In this document: positions 28,316 through 42,115 of the stretch, in pieces
Numbering within the stretch: position 1 is the first letter of the stretch
Layout of the letters: every line of letters starts with the position of its first letter
DNA from: Eledone cirrhosa
Taxonomy: Eukaryota
Direction: 5' to 3'
Length of the DNA stretch: 64,000 nucleotides
NCBI GenBank assembly: GCA_964016885.1
Contig: OZ024756.1
Location: 33,046,001 to 33,110,000, forward strand
Position numbers and translations under genes: made by a program
Notes under the pieces: generated by a model
Seen by the model: the letters and a program-made list of their open reading frames with translations, nothing else
Databases searched by the model: none
What the model was told of the DNA's origin: nothing

Positions 28316-30864
28316 GTAGAATGAACAAGATGACAAAACAGAAAATTGCGAGCGGGAAGAGAAAGAATCGGAAAATATTTTTTGATAAAAAACACATGTA
28401 CAATCAGTCAGACATTCTGGAGAGAAAAAATGTAGTTGTTGTATAACTGGTGTGTGTTATACAAGATGTTGACATTATGTTACAGTAAATTCTAAGATAA
28501 TATATTTATATATATATATATATATGTATAAATACCACACTCATATAAGCACATATAAATGCAGACACAAAGAGATACAGACACACGCACAAACACAGAC
28601 ACACAGACACACACACACACACACACGGATGCGTGTATGCGTGTACGTCTGTATCTATTGATGACCGATAATGATGTTTCTGATGAATCAGAGGATGTTA
28701 AGATTAGTATTGTGTTGTTATAGCTCTGGGCATTTCATCTGTTTTTCCATTTTGAGAGTGATTTCACGGTACTGCTTCTTCTAGTCCGCAATATTTTATC
28801 TCAGATTTACAAGTTACGTTTGTTTGTTCCTGACTCAACAAAAATGATATAATTTTTTTGCTTAGTTTCTGTCTTAGATTATGTTATATCCATTTACAGT
28901 GGTGTCGAATATTATTGTAGGATAGTGTAAGGAAAATAGTTTTTCTTATTATAATATTGTTATGCTCGCAGCTGTAATCTCATTAAAAGAAAATGATTGG
29001 TGTTATGGGAGGCGAGATAAAATGATATATATAGACACACACACTTTATACTTATATATATATATATATATATATATATAGGTGTGTCTGTGTATGTGTA
29101 TAAATCTATCTATCTCGCTCTCTCGCTCTCTCTCTATATATATATATATATGTATAGATAAAGCATACAGGAATATATCTGATGATATCATTTACAAAGC
29201 ACATACGATTTTCAATTCAAGCTCATTGTATGTATTTATAAGGACACTCACAGATATTTATATACACGTATATAAACATAAGTACACATACATGTATATA
29301 TATATGTATGTATATATATTTATGTGGGTGTGAGAGTGTTTGTGTGTGTGAGTATTTAAGTTTCTGTCCTATCATGTATTTCTGATGTTGATTTGGTTTT
29401 TGGTTTCTTGTTATATATTTTGGAAACATCATTTCACGAGTCATATAGCAGTCAAATATATCATAACTCATTTTCAGCCGTCCTCGAAATTTTGGAAAAC
29501 ACTAATCCAACGAGATGGTCATGGTTTGAAGGATTGTACGCCTACATTGTCTTAAGCTCCATATAAACAATAACAAGTAAAACATTATATTTTGATAATG
29601 TGTTTTAACTTGAAAACTTGCCATAGGATATGGGAAGCTGTTGTTCTACATCTAATTATTTTCTCTTCAAGATTATTTCCTTTGCATATTTTTACAAAGG
29701 AAGACTTGTAGTTTCCCCTGCATAAAAATCACCATAACCGATGCCATCTATGTTATCCAAGAGATTAACAATATTACAGTTTAGCACTATTATCCTTGCA
29801 CGCTTAAAGAATAGGTAGTGCAAAGCCTCCACACTACCTCTGGGAGAAAACTTCATATCTATTACGGAAGACCGAGAAACTATTTTCTACAAACCCAAAC
29901 ATAATGAAAGCGATATTTCATTACAATAGATGATCACTGTGTCTTATATTGGACATCGGATATCGGATACATTTCTCCCCGTTATCCTAAAGACACAGTT
30001 GTCTCCATATTTAAACATATTCGCATCTTGAAGGTAAACAACGTAATAATTGTATAATGCATCATCTCTCTCTTAGTCTCATCTTCCTCATATTCAGTTG
30101 CTCTCCTCACTCATATTGCCATACACACCCCTCTCATTCTCTCTCTCATCTCCTCCCATTCACTCTACCCTTCCATCATCTTTCTCCTCCTCTCTCTCTC
30201 TCTCTCTCTCGCTTCGCCTCTTATTCTCTCTCCTCCTTCATATTCTTTCTCCTCCTTTCTCTTCTCTCTCTCTCTCTCACTCTGTCTCTCGCTATTCATC
30301 TTTCTCTGAGTTAAGGTCATGATCTCATCACGGTTGTTTTACTCTAGTTTATATAATTCTTTGTTCATTTCGTATACAATAATAATTAATAATTGATGTG
30401 AGTCTTCTTTGCAAAATACACTCATGTATAACTAATTAAGTTCATCCTACCTGTCAGTAATTCATGTATAATAGACTTCCTTTCACTCACATCAAAATAA
30501 CTTCTTACACTTTGCGAGCCTTTTGTACTTACTAATTCTTCTGCTCAGGATTTTGAGTAAAATACTCCCAAAGTATAACAATATATATTTATATATATAT
30601 ATTTATATATATAATTTCATTGCGTGAATGTCTCAAATCTGTTAAAGTGTCAGATAAAATATATTGTCATATTTTGTCGCGAGTCACTGTCATGCAATAA
30701 ACCGAATACATGATCCATCGTTCTAAACTGAGCAACTGCTAATCTACAATAAAGTATATTGCCGTAGCGTAGACCTGCGTCATTAAGTGGAGGGTTCCAA
30801 CTACAGTCTTGTTGATTCACCAGCTTACGCCGGATCCCAATAGCACACGCTTCATTGCACACTC

Positions 30865-31005
30865 TTTTAGCAGTCTTGTAGATTCACAAGAGCACACAGG
30901 GTACCGAGAGCACACTGTTTATGACAAACTGTTTTAGCAGTCTTGTAGATTTACAAGGTCTGCACGGGGTACCGAGACGACACACTTCATGGCAAGCTGT
31001 TTTAT
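30865..31005. repeat. Imperfect tandem duplication, ~68-bp unit
   Basis: TTTTAGCAGTCTTGTAGATT..CAAG..GGGTACCGAGA..CACAC occurs twice. Confidence 0.8.
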
Positions 31006-31417
31006 TAACATCAAACCAACAGATTTGGAATCACTATCACACATGTTTCCTCAAAGTGTAAATAAACAGCTGCATAATGTTTCAGCTTAATTAGGTCGTG
31101 GACACGGATATTTTGATGAGTTGTGGTGACAACGCGGAGAGTACTGTTAAAAACAAACAACTGTTGCTAGTGACATTACATGTATTAGGGACACTTATCT
31201 ATGTAATTAAACATGGCTTATCCACTCATCCATCTCTAGCTGTCAACAGGAACAGTAAAGCAGAGAAATTCTTAATGACCGACATACAATAATATACAAA
31301 AAATATCAACAACAGTAACCAAACAAAAGGATGGTAGTGTTATTTTCCAATCAACACCATTTCAAGAATAGATTAATTACAGACTTAGAACGAATATAAC
31401 TAGTAAGTATAATATTC

Positions 31418-31454
<37 letters not shown>

Positions 31455-31556
31455 TAATAAACGCCAATATAAAAAGAAAATGTAAAATGCATCAATGAAA
31501 ATGAAAGCTGACATTGAATCAGTAATATAAATAAATAACTAAATAATATATATATA

Positions 31557-31604
<48 letters not shown>

Positions 31605-31609
31605 TGTAT

Positions 31610-31661
<52 letters not shown>

Positions 31662-31948
31662 TGTTAAAACCATATCCTAGCTTATGAATGTGTTTAGTTT
31701 GTGGCGAGATAAATAAGAAATCACAACTGTCAAAGTTGTTGTGGTTTTAGACATGATAAAAAGGAAATACAAAAATATAAGATAATAAATATATGTACTC
31801 AAGTATCAAAAATAAATTTTGTGATGACAGTTTGAATTTTCTTTTTTTACAATTATTCACATGTTTCATTATATTTTTGGTACCGTGTAATTTTGATATA
31901 ACCTTCAATATCTGATTAGTGTTTTTTATACACACACACACACACACG

Positions 31949-31992
<44 letters not shown>

Positions 31993-32057
31993 TTTATGTA
32001 TGTATTTGTTTATTTATTAAAATATAGTCTTCACATTCATTATTATTACTATATATA

Positions 32058-32248
32058 GGGCGGTGGATTGGCAGTAGCGGTAGAGGGTCAGACGCCATGC
32101 TTTGCAGCTAAAAGAGTAACGGCCCTTTATGGTCTGAGTTCAAATCCCGCAAAGGTTAACTTTGCCTTTCATCCTTACGGGGTCGATAAAATAAAGTACC
32201 AGTAATGTACTGGGTTATTGCAGGCCTTGTGCCAAAAGTAGATACAAG
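32058..32248 (+). mobile_element. tRNA-derived SINE, full length, plus strand
   Basis: GGGCGGTGGATTGGCAGTAGCGG ... GAGTTCAAATCCCGC ... CCTTTCATCCTTACGGGGTCGATAAAATAAAGTACCAG ... GGCCTTGTGCCAAAAGTAG. Confidence 0.92.
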
Positions 32249-32251
32249 TGT

Positions 32252-32288
<37 letters not shown>

Positions 32289-33415
32289 TAGTGAGAGAAA
32301 AGAGGGCGAGAGAGTAATAGAAAGATGTATGTATATATAAATGTGTGTGTATACGAGTCTGTGCGTTTGGCATAAATATGTTTTTTATATGTGTGTATAT
32401 AGGTTTGAGTAGAATAAAACATATTTTATACGTATGGCTGTGCGTAGGTGAGTATGCATATATATTGTGTAAAAATTGGATCCAATCCTAGCGGCCCAGC
32501 AGGCCATATTTTATTCCAGTTCTATTAAGTATCTAAATGTACATGAATCGACCCCACCCGGGGCAGGTTACCAGCGTTCGCCGAGTTCTGACCTAGATTT
32601 GTTTTGGTGTGTGAGCCGCATGACCATTGTTGGAGATAAATCTAACAATGAAAGTGGAAGATCATCAGATCGGTCTTTCCATTGTTCTTTTGTTCTGACA
32701 GGTCTAATTCCTGGCAGAAGAAGTCACATAGCCAGATAGGTTATAGTAAAGCAACTCTTCCGACTCTTTAATGATTCCAGCAATCTCGCATTTGTACTTC
32801 ATTTATTGACTTCAAAAAATAAAATGCAAAATTTATTGCGGGTGGATTTTAATTAAAAGACAGTAGGCCACTGATATGACTAATTATATACCCATGCATT
32901 CTTTTCCACTATTGAAACATAGGTAGGCATCGCATTTATAACAACGCCAAACGGGTCTGAAACAGAAGTATTTCTGGGAAATCCCCAAGATACAATATCT
33001 AATATAAACATTCAGTCAATTTCCTGAAATGTTCTAAGTAATGTATTCGGCGAGACGAAAACTCACTTCAACAGATCGAAGTTTGATTTTAAAATTTCTT
33101 ATCGATTTCATCACTTCGCTAAATTTCAAGTCATTTCTGAATTATTTCGCATTAATAATTCTCAAAATGTGTTGTGTGTTGATTAGCAATTCAGGTCATA
33201 TCTTGAATGGTTTGTTAATTTTTATAGGAAAATTGAATATAAACAATGAACTGCAATGATAAACAAAAACAACAACGCCGCTCATTTAGACGATAATAAA
33301 TTCAATTTTTGAACCAGCCCAATTGTAATTAGAAAATTGCACTAATGATTATGTATATATATATATATATATATAGATGCGATTCTACATGACTAGAACT
33401 GTTTTATTCTTTATC

Positions 33416-33522
<107 letters not shown>

Positions 33523-33820
33523 ACTAAAAAAAACTATTATCGATATATCGATCTCTGATCATTTATAAACAGGCAATATATGATTCAGTGAAGCATACTT
33601 AAGTCATAATATTACAGACTATTGTATCATTAAGATAGCATTAACACTCGTGATGGACCATTGTGGGTTCCGATGACGAGTGTAACAGTTTCCCTGCAAA
33701 GAAAAACAACAAATCATGGAATCAACACACGTTCTCGGCTAAGCATTCCATGTATATGTGCACGCACTCCTGGCGTACCTCTCAGGTTGAATCACTGTGA
33801 GATTACTGGAAATAACCTAT

Positions 33821-33913
<93 letters not shown>

Positions 33914-34199
33914 ACAATAATAAATTTGAAGACTAAAATCAAAAGAGGGCTCGATATATATAATTATATATATAGGGAAAGAGTCAGGGCACCGACGGCT
34001 GAGCTCCGGTCGTTTCACCAGCTAGATCCGAACTTATATATATATATACAGAGAGAGGGAGAGACAGAAAGATAGAGAAAATGAGAAAGATAAAGAGAGA
34101 AAGAACGTGGGAGTGAGCAACAGCAGGGAAATACCAGGGTTATGTCTATAGGAAATCCTGAGTACCATCATTAAAGAATGATAGGAGGATTGAGTTGAT

Positions 34200-34660
34200 C
34201 CACTCATGAGGACCAGTTTCTGTAGACCAAAAATGCATTAAGCATAACGACCATATGATGTATGAATTTCAGTCCCAAACCCTTCTATTGAAGGGGATAT
34301 ACCACAGTTCAATTTTACAAAGCCTTGAGGAACGCTATCTAATTCTGTTATAACGAGAAGTTGAGGTATTGTTATTAATAACAGACATGTCAACTGTTGA
34401 GGGCGAATTTAATGATTCCCAGTAATGCTCTATCATCCACTTTTGTGTAGATTCTATATCGCTGCGCTTCATTCTCCTATCTTTGTTACAATTTTAGATA
34501 TAGAGGAGCCAAAAGCTTCAGCATCCTCTTATCTTTCTGAGACCGGCCGAACAATCCAGTAAATTCTCCCTACAGATACAGTCCTTCTCAAGTGAGCAAA
34601 CATAAATTCGATAGAGCCAATGAGTGTGTTTAGTCGCATGATGATAAGGACAACTTGTTG
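34200..34660 (-). pseudogene. Highly degenerate LINE reverse-transcriptase remnant
   Basis: Minus-strand fragments DAEAFGS (cf. KAFD), then INNNTSTS../..DSVPQGFV (cf. GVPQGSV), in the expected order but broken by stops and frameshifts. Confidence 0.35.
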
Positions 34661-35250
34661 GCCTATCTGATGTTCACTTTCCTAAACATATTTTCTAAGT
34701 TAAATTAAATCAATCGGAAAGCACGCAAACCAAACATTAGAAACTATTTAAAGATTCATTAAAGGAGACATTGAAAAAAGTATATATTAATTCTAGCAAC
34801 TTAAAATAGGAAGCTGATGAGGGTGAGGACTGGAGATGAAAAACAAACAAATGTATGATGACGTTGAAGAGGAATCTGTTCGATATTCTGAACTTGTAGC
34901 TGTTTCACGAAAACATCATAAATCTTGGATTACTGCAACTAATGACATTACACGTTTCCTTTGTTCACGATCTAATAAAGTATGCTTATCAAAAGCAGTT
35001 TTCTAAAACCATTTACATATGTCCTAAAGACAGGATGACATGTCAAATTTGTCACAAAGCTATAACCCATCTTGTAGCTTTAAAATATGAAATTCAGAGA
35101 CCCAGATGATACGGGTAATAATTATGTCTTCAAAATAGACTGTACATTTGCCAAATAATCTTTCGCTTCTGCTCTGGATAAAAGAGCGAACTAGGTGTTC
35201 TCAATTGAAATCTTTCAAATTAAAAATACAATTTCACAATCAAAAGGAAT

Positions 35251-35288
<38 letters not shown>

Positions 35289-35811
35289 ATTAGGAAATAT
35301 TTCAATTGTGAATACTTAGTTTGAACCAGAAGAGAAAGATTATTTGACAATTGTATATATATATACATGTATGTATATGTATATATATATATACATAAAT
35401 ATATATATAAAAATATATTTAGAAACACACAGATACATGCGGACACACACATATACATGAATGCATCCACACCCAACCGTGAGTTAATGGTGCCAACCTC
35501 ACCGATGTTGCTCAATGAATGACTGGGACAGACCAATCCGGTTGAACTAGACTGGACCAGTATCAGAGTTAAAAATACATTATGAAGAGAGAAGAAACAT
35601 TTAGATATAATTAGTAATAAAATGTATCATACCTAAACTGTTCCTAGATTCCTCGACTACGTAGTTTCGTGGCATAAACAAAAACAATACATCATAAAGA
35701 TATAGAGTCCTTGCGAGGTCTGCCGACTTATCAAGAGGATACCTCATTTTACTAGCTTCAAGAACGCGTCTACACGACGTGAGAAAGAATCCCAAAAGGC
35801 GGAAGGGGACT

Positions 35812-35846
<35 letters not shown>

Positions 35847-36208
35847 GTATGTATATATATATATATATATGTATATATACAGGTATGTATATATATATTC
35901 ATATATATATATATTCACATATATATATATTAGAATTGGTGCTCTGAAATAGCTATATATATATGAATGTATATATAGTATATTTAGCAAGTATTGAATG
36001 TATGTTAATAAAATATATAACTTATCAGTAATATCTCTTTCTCTCTCTACTACCATTAAACCGCTTAACTCGTAAGTAATATATATATAGTGAACTGTCT
36101 TCAGTGCAAATGGGCTTGATATCATCTTGAAAACATACACCCACACGGACGCACACACACGGACTAACACGCACACACACATATGCATATACATGTATAT
36201 ATATACAT

Positions 36209-36266
<58 letters not shown>

Positions 36267-36389
36267 ATACATATATAAACATAAATATATATATATTTAT
36301 ATACAAATACATATATATATATACATACACACACACACAATAAAACTCATATATATATATACGTATATACGCATATATCCTACATACGT

Positions 36390-36482
<93 letters not shown>

Positions 36483-36493
36483 TGTATATATAT

Positions 36494-36555
<62 letters not shown>

Positions 36556-37460
36556 GACATATCGCTATTTAGTATCTTCTCGTATATCCTTTTCGCCGAG
36601 ACAATACCAGAAGACTAAACTAATGAATAATTGGGTTATGAGGATCGAATTGTTTATCATCTTTGTTCATTTTGTTATTGTGGCTTTGGGTGCTGGCGTT
36701 TATGCTGTCGTCATCTTTGATCGATAACGAACCATTGTTAATCATATTCTTGTTGTATTAGTCACGTCTCTTTACAAGTATCTAGTTCTAATAGAGTATG
36801 CAGGATTTCTTTTTATTTAACCCTTTCCATGATAAATTTCTAGAAGAAAGTATTTCATTTGAATTAATAATGAAGTCTTTGCGAAGACTACATTAATTAT
36901 ATCATTATCAAGGCTAGCAGGAAGGTGTTAGTGTGGTAGAATCGTTAGAGTGTCTAAGAAAATGCCTTTACCTTTATAAATCAGACAAACTCTGGAGTTG
37001 GTAACTCCTAGTCTTCGGATTAAATTAGTAATAATTATTAAGACATCACCACCCTATAACAGAACACATCACATGCTCTAGACAACCGGCAAATGAACAA
37101 CACATCCCATTCACAAGATAATTCTAAATTCGAAATCACGAATCAACACAATATCTAGACAATAGCCAACAAACACAAAATAAAATATAGAATAGAGAAT
37201 AGAGTCTAGACAAGTACCACCCTGAAACACAGTCACTGACAAATAGTACAATGCATACGTATTACAATGACCTTCCAAGAACACGATACAACACACTGTC
37301 TAGACAATAGTTAACATACAACAAAATACAACATCGAGTCTAAACCATCAAAAACTCACTATAACACGATATATCAGTGAGGTTAGACAATCACCTACAT
37401 TTACCACAACATACATATGGCAATAACGAACCAACAGCATGGCAGAACACATAGTCTAAA

Positions 37461-37616
37461 CTAGCCAATCGCCATCCAAGTCTAGTCTAGTCAATCGCCA
37501 TCCAAGTCTAAAATAGCCAATCGCCATCCAAGTCTTGTCTAGTCAATCGCCATCCAAATCTAAAATAGCCAATCGCCATCCAAGTCTAGTCTAGTCAATC
37601 GACATCCAAGTCTAAA
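37461..37616. repeat. Minisatellite: 6 x 26 bp arranged as 3 x 52-bp dimers
   Basis: Units alternate (C/A)TAGCCAATCGCCATCCAAGTCTAGT and CTAGTCAATCGCCATCCAAGTCTAAA. Confidence 0.95.
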
Positions 37617-37653
37617 CTAAATAAATAAATATTATTATTATTACTATATATAT

Positions 37654-37823
<170 letters not shown>

Positions 37824-38260
37824 ATATATACATATATATATACATATATATATACATATATATATATACATATATATATATATACATAATCAAGGTTTAG
37901 CAAATAAGAAAAAGTTTCAAAATAAATTTCAAAAGATTCACTGTACTCACTTTACCGAATCAAAAATGAATGGACAGTCTTTGCGGCCTTCCATTGGAAA
38001 GATAAACACTCGTCGGAAGGGTCTTTTCACTCGGAGAATATAAAATTCCCAAGTTCAAATTACGAACTGGCGCTATTCAAAATTGTTCCCGAGATGAGAA
38101 TGAATGATGTGGAAGCAATTCTGTCCAGTGCCGTGTGTAAAGGTAGAAGCAGAGGCAGGTACGTCAGTCTACTACCACTATAAATAGCAGCATACATATA
38201 TATATATATGCATATATATATACATATTATACATTCATACATATATATACATATATATAC

Positions 38261-38339
<79 letters not shown>

Positions 38340-38402
38340 CATACACTTATATAGATATATATGTATGTATTTATATATATGTTTGTGTGTGTGTGTGTGT
38401 GT

Positions 38403-38520
38403 CCTAGGTTCATTCGGAGGTAACCACACTACGTACAGTACCCAATACATTAGGCTTTCCTGAAGATTTCCTTCGAATGAAATTGTTGTAGTCCTGTAGA
38501 AGCCATTCCTTTATTAAATT
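38403..38520. mobile_element. Family B diverged, internally deleted derivative with hammerhead-like core
   Basis: 38407-38450 is an inverted match to 15595-15640. It is followed by CTGAAGA-TTTCCTTCGAAT-GAAA..TAGTCCTGTAGAA (38460-38501). Confidence 0.7.
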
Positions 38521-39026
38521 TGTTATACCCACATACACACACATACACACACACGCGCGCGCACACTCTCAGACACACACACACACACACAGACACACAC
38601 AAACATATATATAAATATATATATATATATATACTAAATATATATTATATTTGTGTATTTTTATGGGTTACTGTGTATGTGCACGCCACGTTCTGAGTAA
38701 GTGTGGCGTGTCTCTTTTATATTATACAATGAAGCCCTCGAGTTCACAGGCGTTATTCAGAAGGAAACATTTGGTGCGGATGATAGAGTTTTGGTCAGAT
38801 TATTACTTTGCTGTCTTCTGAAATGAATGCATCAGTAGACTGAACGATGAAAAATGAAGGGACAATAATACTTAAAATTCCATTCAGTGCATTGAAAAAT
38901 ACTCATGTGAACAGAACAAAATACATTTCGAGGAATAAATGCATTCATTTATTCATCTATCAAACAGTATGCAGCTAGCATCAGTAATATTTATATATTC
39001 AACAATGGATATATTTTTCTACAATC

Positions 39027-39081
<55 letters not shown>

Positions 39082-39180
39082 TGCCTGTATGTTGTAGTAT
39101 AGAGGCACATACGCATCTAATACACGCATCTAATATATATATAGTAAGAGACAGACGGAGAGAAAATAGTGAAACATATG

Positions 39181-39213
<33 letters not shown>

Positions 39214-39387
39214 TTATATGTGCATATGTATACGTGTGAGTGTGTGAGTCTGTATGTGTGTGTGTGCATAGAAGTTTGTAATGCTTCAATTGTATGTTTG
39301 AAAAAGCACATCTGTATCAAATATATACAGATAAATATCATCGCTGCTTGAACAAATAGTCTGAATTATATCCTTGCAAATATAAGG

Positions 39388-39449
<62 letters not shown>

Positions 39450-40265
39450 AAAGAGAATTGAAGTTGAACAGGTTGATGTCCTCAGATAAATGCAAGTTTA
39501 TAAATGCAGGAATGACAACATCAGAGAGAGATTATAAAATAAAAACTACATAAATTCGAAGCTCCATGGAAGAAGGATTGACTTGTTTATTCAGATATTG
39601 TTGTCCCTACATTTGTGTTATTGAAAACTGTGTGACTTCTGAGTGGAGCATAGTCAAATAGGTTGAAGGAAAATACATGGATCAGGCAGATTTGATGACA
39701 AACTGGAAGCATATTAGTGGCTGTAAATGTAGAAAGAAGTAGCGGCCCTACGTTTGACTGTTTGTGTGTGATTCCATTGTTTGCAGTGGCAGTGTGCTAC
39801 GTGGTAATTATCAGAATTAGGTTCCGGTTCATTAACCACTTATTTCTAAATATTGTGTCTCATTAATGGCATTTTTGTGTGTACAGACATGCATTTGTGT
39901 ATACATACATATACATAAATACATGCAAACATGCACACACATACATTCACATACGGATATTTATACAAATAAATTTGAGATAATGAAAACTATAAACGAT
40001 ATATGTGTGTATGTATGTAGGTGTGTATGTATATATCGATTAAATTCTTCATTGTCTATAATATTCTAAGTATGACTTCATGACTTTTGATATTTGGCAT
40101 AAGTTCATATTTGATCTCTGATATGTTACAGAGGTTAGGGTTCATTTGATTTTACCTGGAGATACAGTAAACGAAGCACGATTGCTTTTAATTTAATTAT
40201 ATCATATACGATATGTATGTATGTGTGTGTGTGTACATATGTATATATGCGTATATATGTATCTG

Positions 40266-40310
<45 letters not shown>

Positions 40311-40430
40311 GTATATATATATATTGAAAAGTATAGGATATAAATATATATATACATGTATGTATATATATATACATATATATATATATGTATATATATA
40401 TGTATATATATATATATATATAGATATATG

Positions 40431-40462
<32 letters not shown>

Positions 40463-40464
40463 TG

Positions 40465-40555
<91 letters not shown>

Positions 40556-41020
40556 TTAAATATACATCTAACTTATATGTATTGATTTTCTTATAGCTTA
40601 TACTTAATTAGCGGCAGACAATATGAGATTGGTTACGTGTTAAAGGGTATATATTATCAAATGAGTAGAGGTATTGATGGGTTGTGTTGTTATGGTAGTT
40701 GAGCTGAATGTACCAAGATTCTATTAACCTAAGTTGAACCATTTCAAGAAGCAAAACATTGGATGTTTCTCAGAGAAATATTTAATAGACATCACTGGGT
40801 GCGTTGATTAATATATTGATGTCTTTCTATCTCTCAGTCTGTTAGTTTATCTGTCTATTTATCTCTCTATCAATCAATCTATCTCTCTAACTATGTATCA
40901 GTTTGTGTATCTATCTATCTATCTATCTATCTATATCAATCTATCTATCTCTTCATCTATATATATATATATCTCATCTCTCCATCTCTCTATCGAAAAA
41001 CTCTCTGTCTATATTTCTCG

Positions 41021-41127
<107 letters not shown>

Positions 41128-42001
41128 CTCTCTCTCTCTCTCCCACTCACAATATATATATATAATCTAAAAGAGGTAGACACACGTCGGATGATGCTGT
41201 GACAACATAGTCAAACCTCCAGAATAACTGAACTGTGAGTTGTTCTTTGAAAAGACACAGCCGGATACACATAAATAGACATATACGCACACGCACGCAC
41301 ATGCATACATACATGTGTGCAGTAAACTTAACAATGAAACTTGAAAGTTATTTCACATATTTGTAAATTAACCAATTAAGCGTGTGTAATTAGAGAACTT
41401 ACTTTGGTCTCTGGTGTTAATATCGGGATTATTTTCTTTAAATACTTCCTTGGTGTGTTTTGGTATAAATATTTTTAATATTTATGTAACTTAACAATTC
41501 ACGTTGTCTTACATTTTGAATTTATATCATGGCGAGATAAACTAAGGCTTTCATTATTCCGAGGTCGATAAACTAATATAATCGACTTCGTCCTTTTCTG
41601 CAAACTGCTGGCCTTTTCCACGTGATTTCCCTTTCCGTTATAACTGCTTCTCGGCGTTGAATCCAGCGAAACATTGGAATGAGGTGGAGTTATAAAGGTG
41701 TGTACTGGTGTATTCCTTCTGATACACTGTATCCTGAGTACATGTTCCTCTGAAAGTTGACCTTTGCTCTCATCCTTTATGAATAAAATACCACCCCAGT
41801 CCGGTTAAGCACTAGGAAGAATTCTTCTATATCGCTCTTGATCTCTCACTCTTCCATTGGCAGTCTCCATTTCCCCACATTTTAACAATTCTTCCAATCA
41901 ACTACCCTAAACTGATATGGGATATATATTGATGAGATACGTAAAAAAACGTAAAGAAAACTAAAAGCCGGTAAATACTAATGTTTAATTATTGTTTTAG
42001 A

Positions 42002-42115
<114 letters not shown>

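Noticed and set aside
35601-35795. Minus-strand RRVLEASKM as a GIY-YIG endonuclease remnant
   Set aside because: A single short motif with no supporting upstream GIY/YIG or downstream LN motif.
37060-37616. CRISPR-like repeat/spacer appearance
   Set aside because: Eukaryotic context, no cas genes, anchors only ~9 bp with irregular spacing, and the 26-bp units are contiguous without unique spacers.
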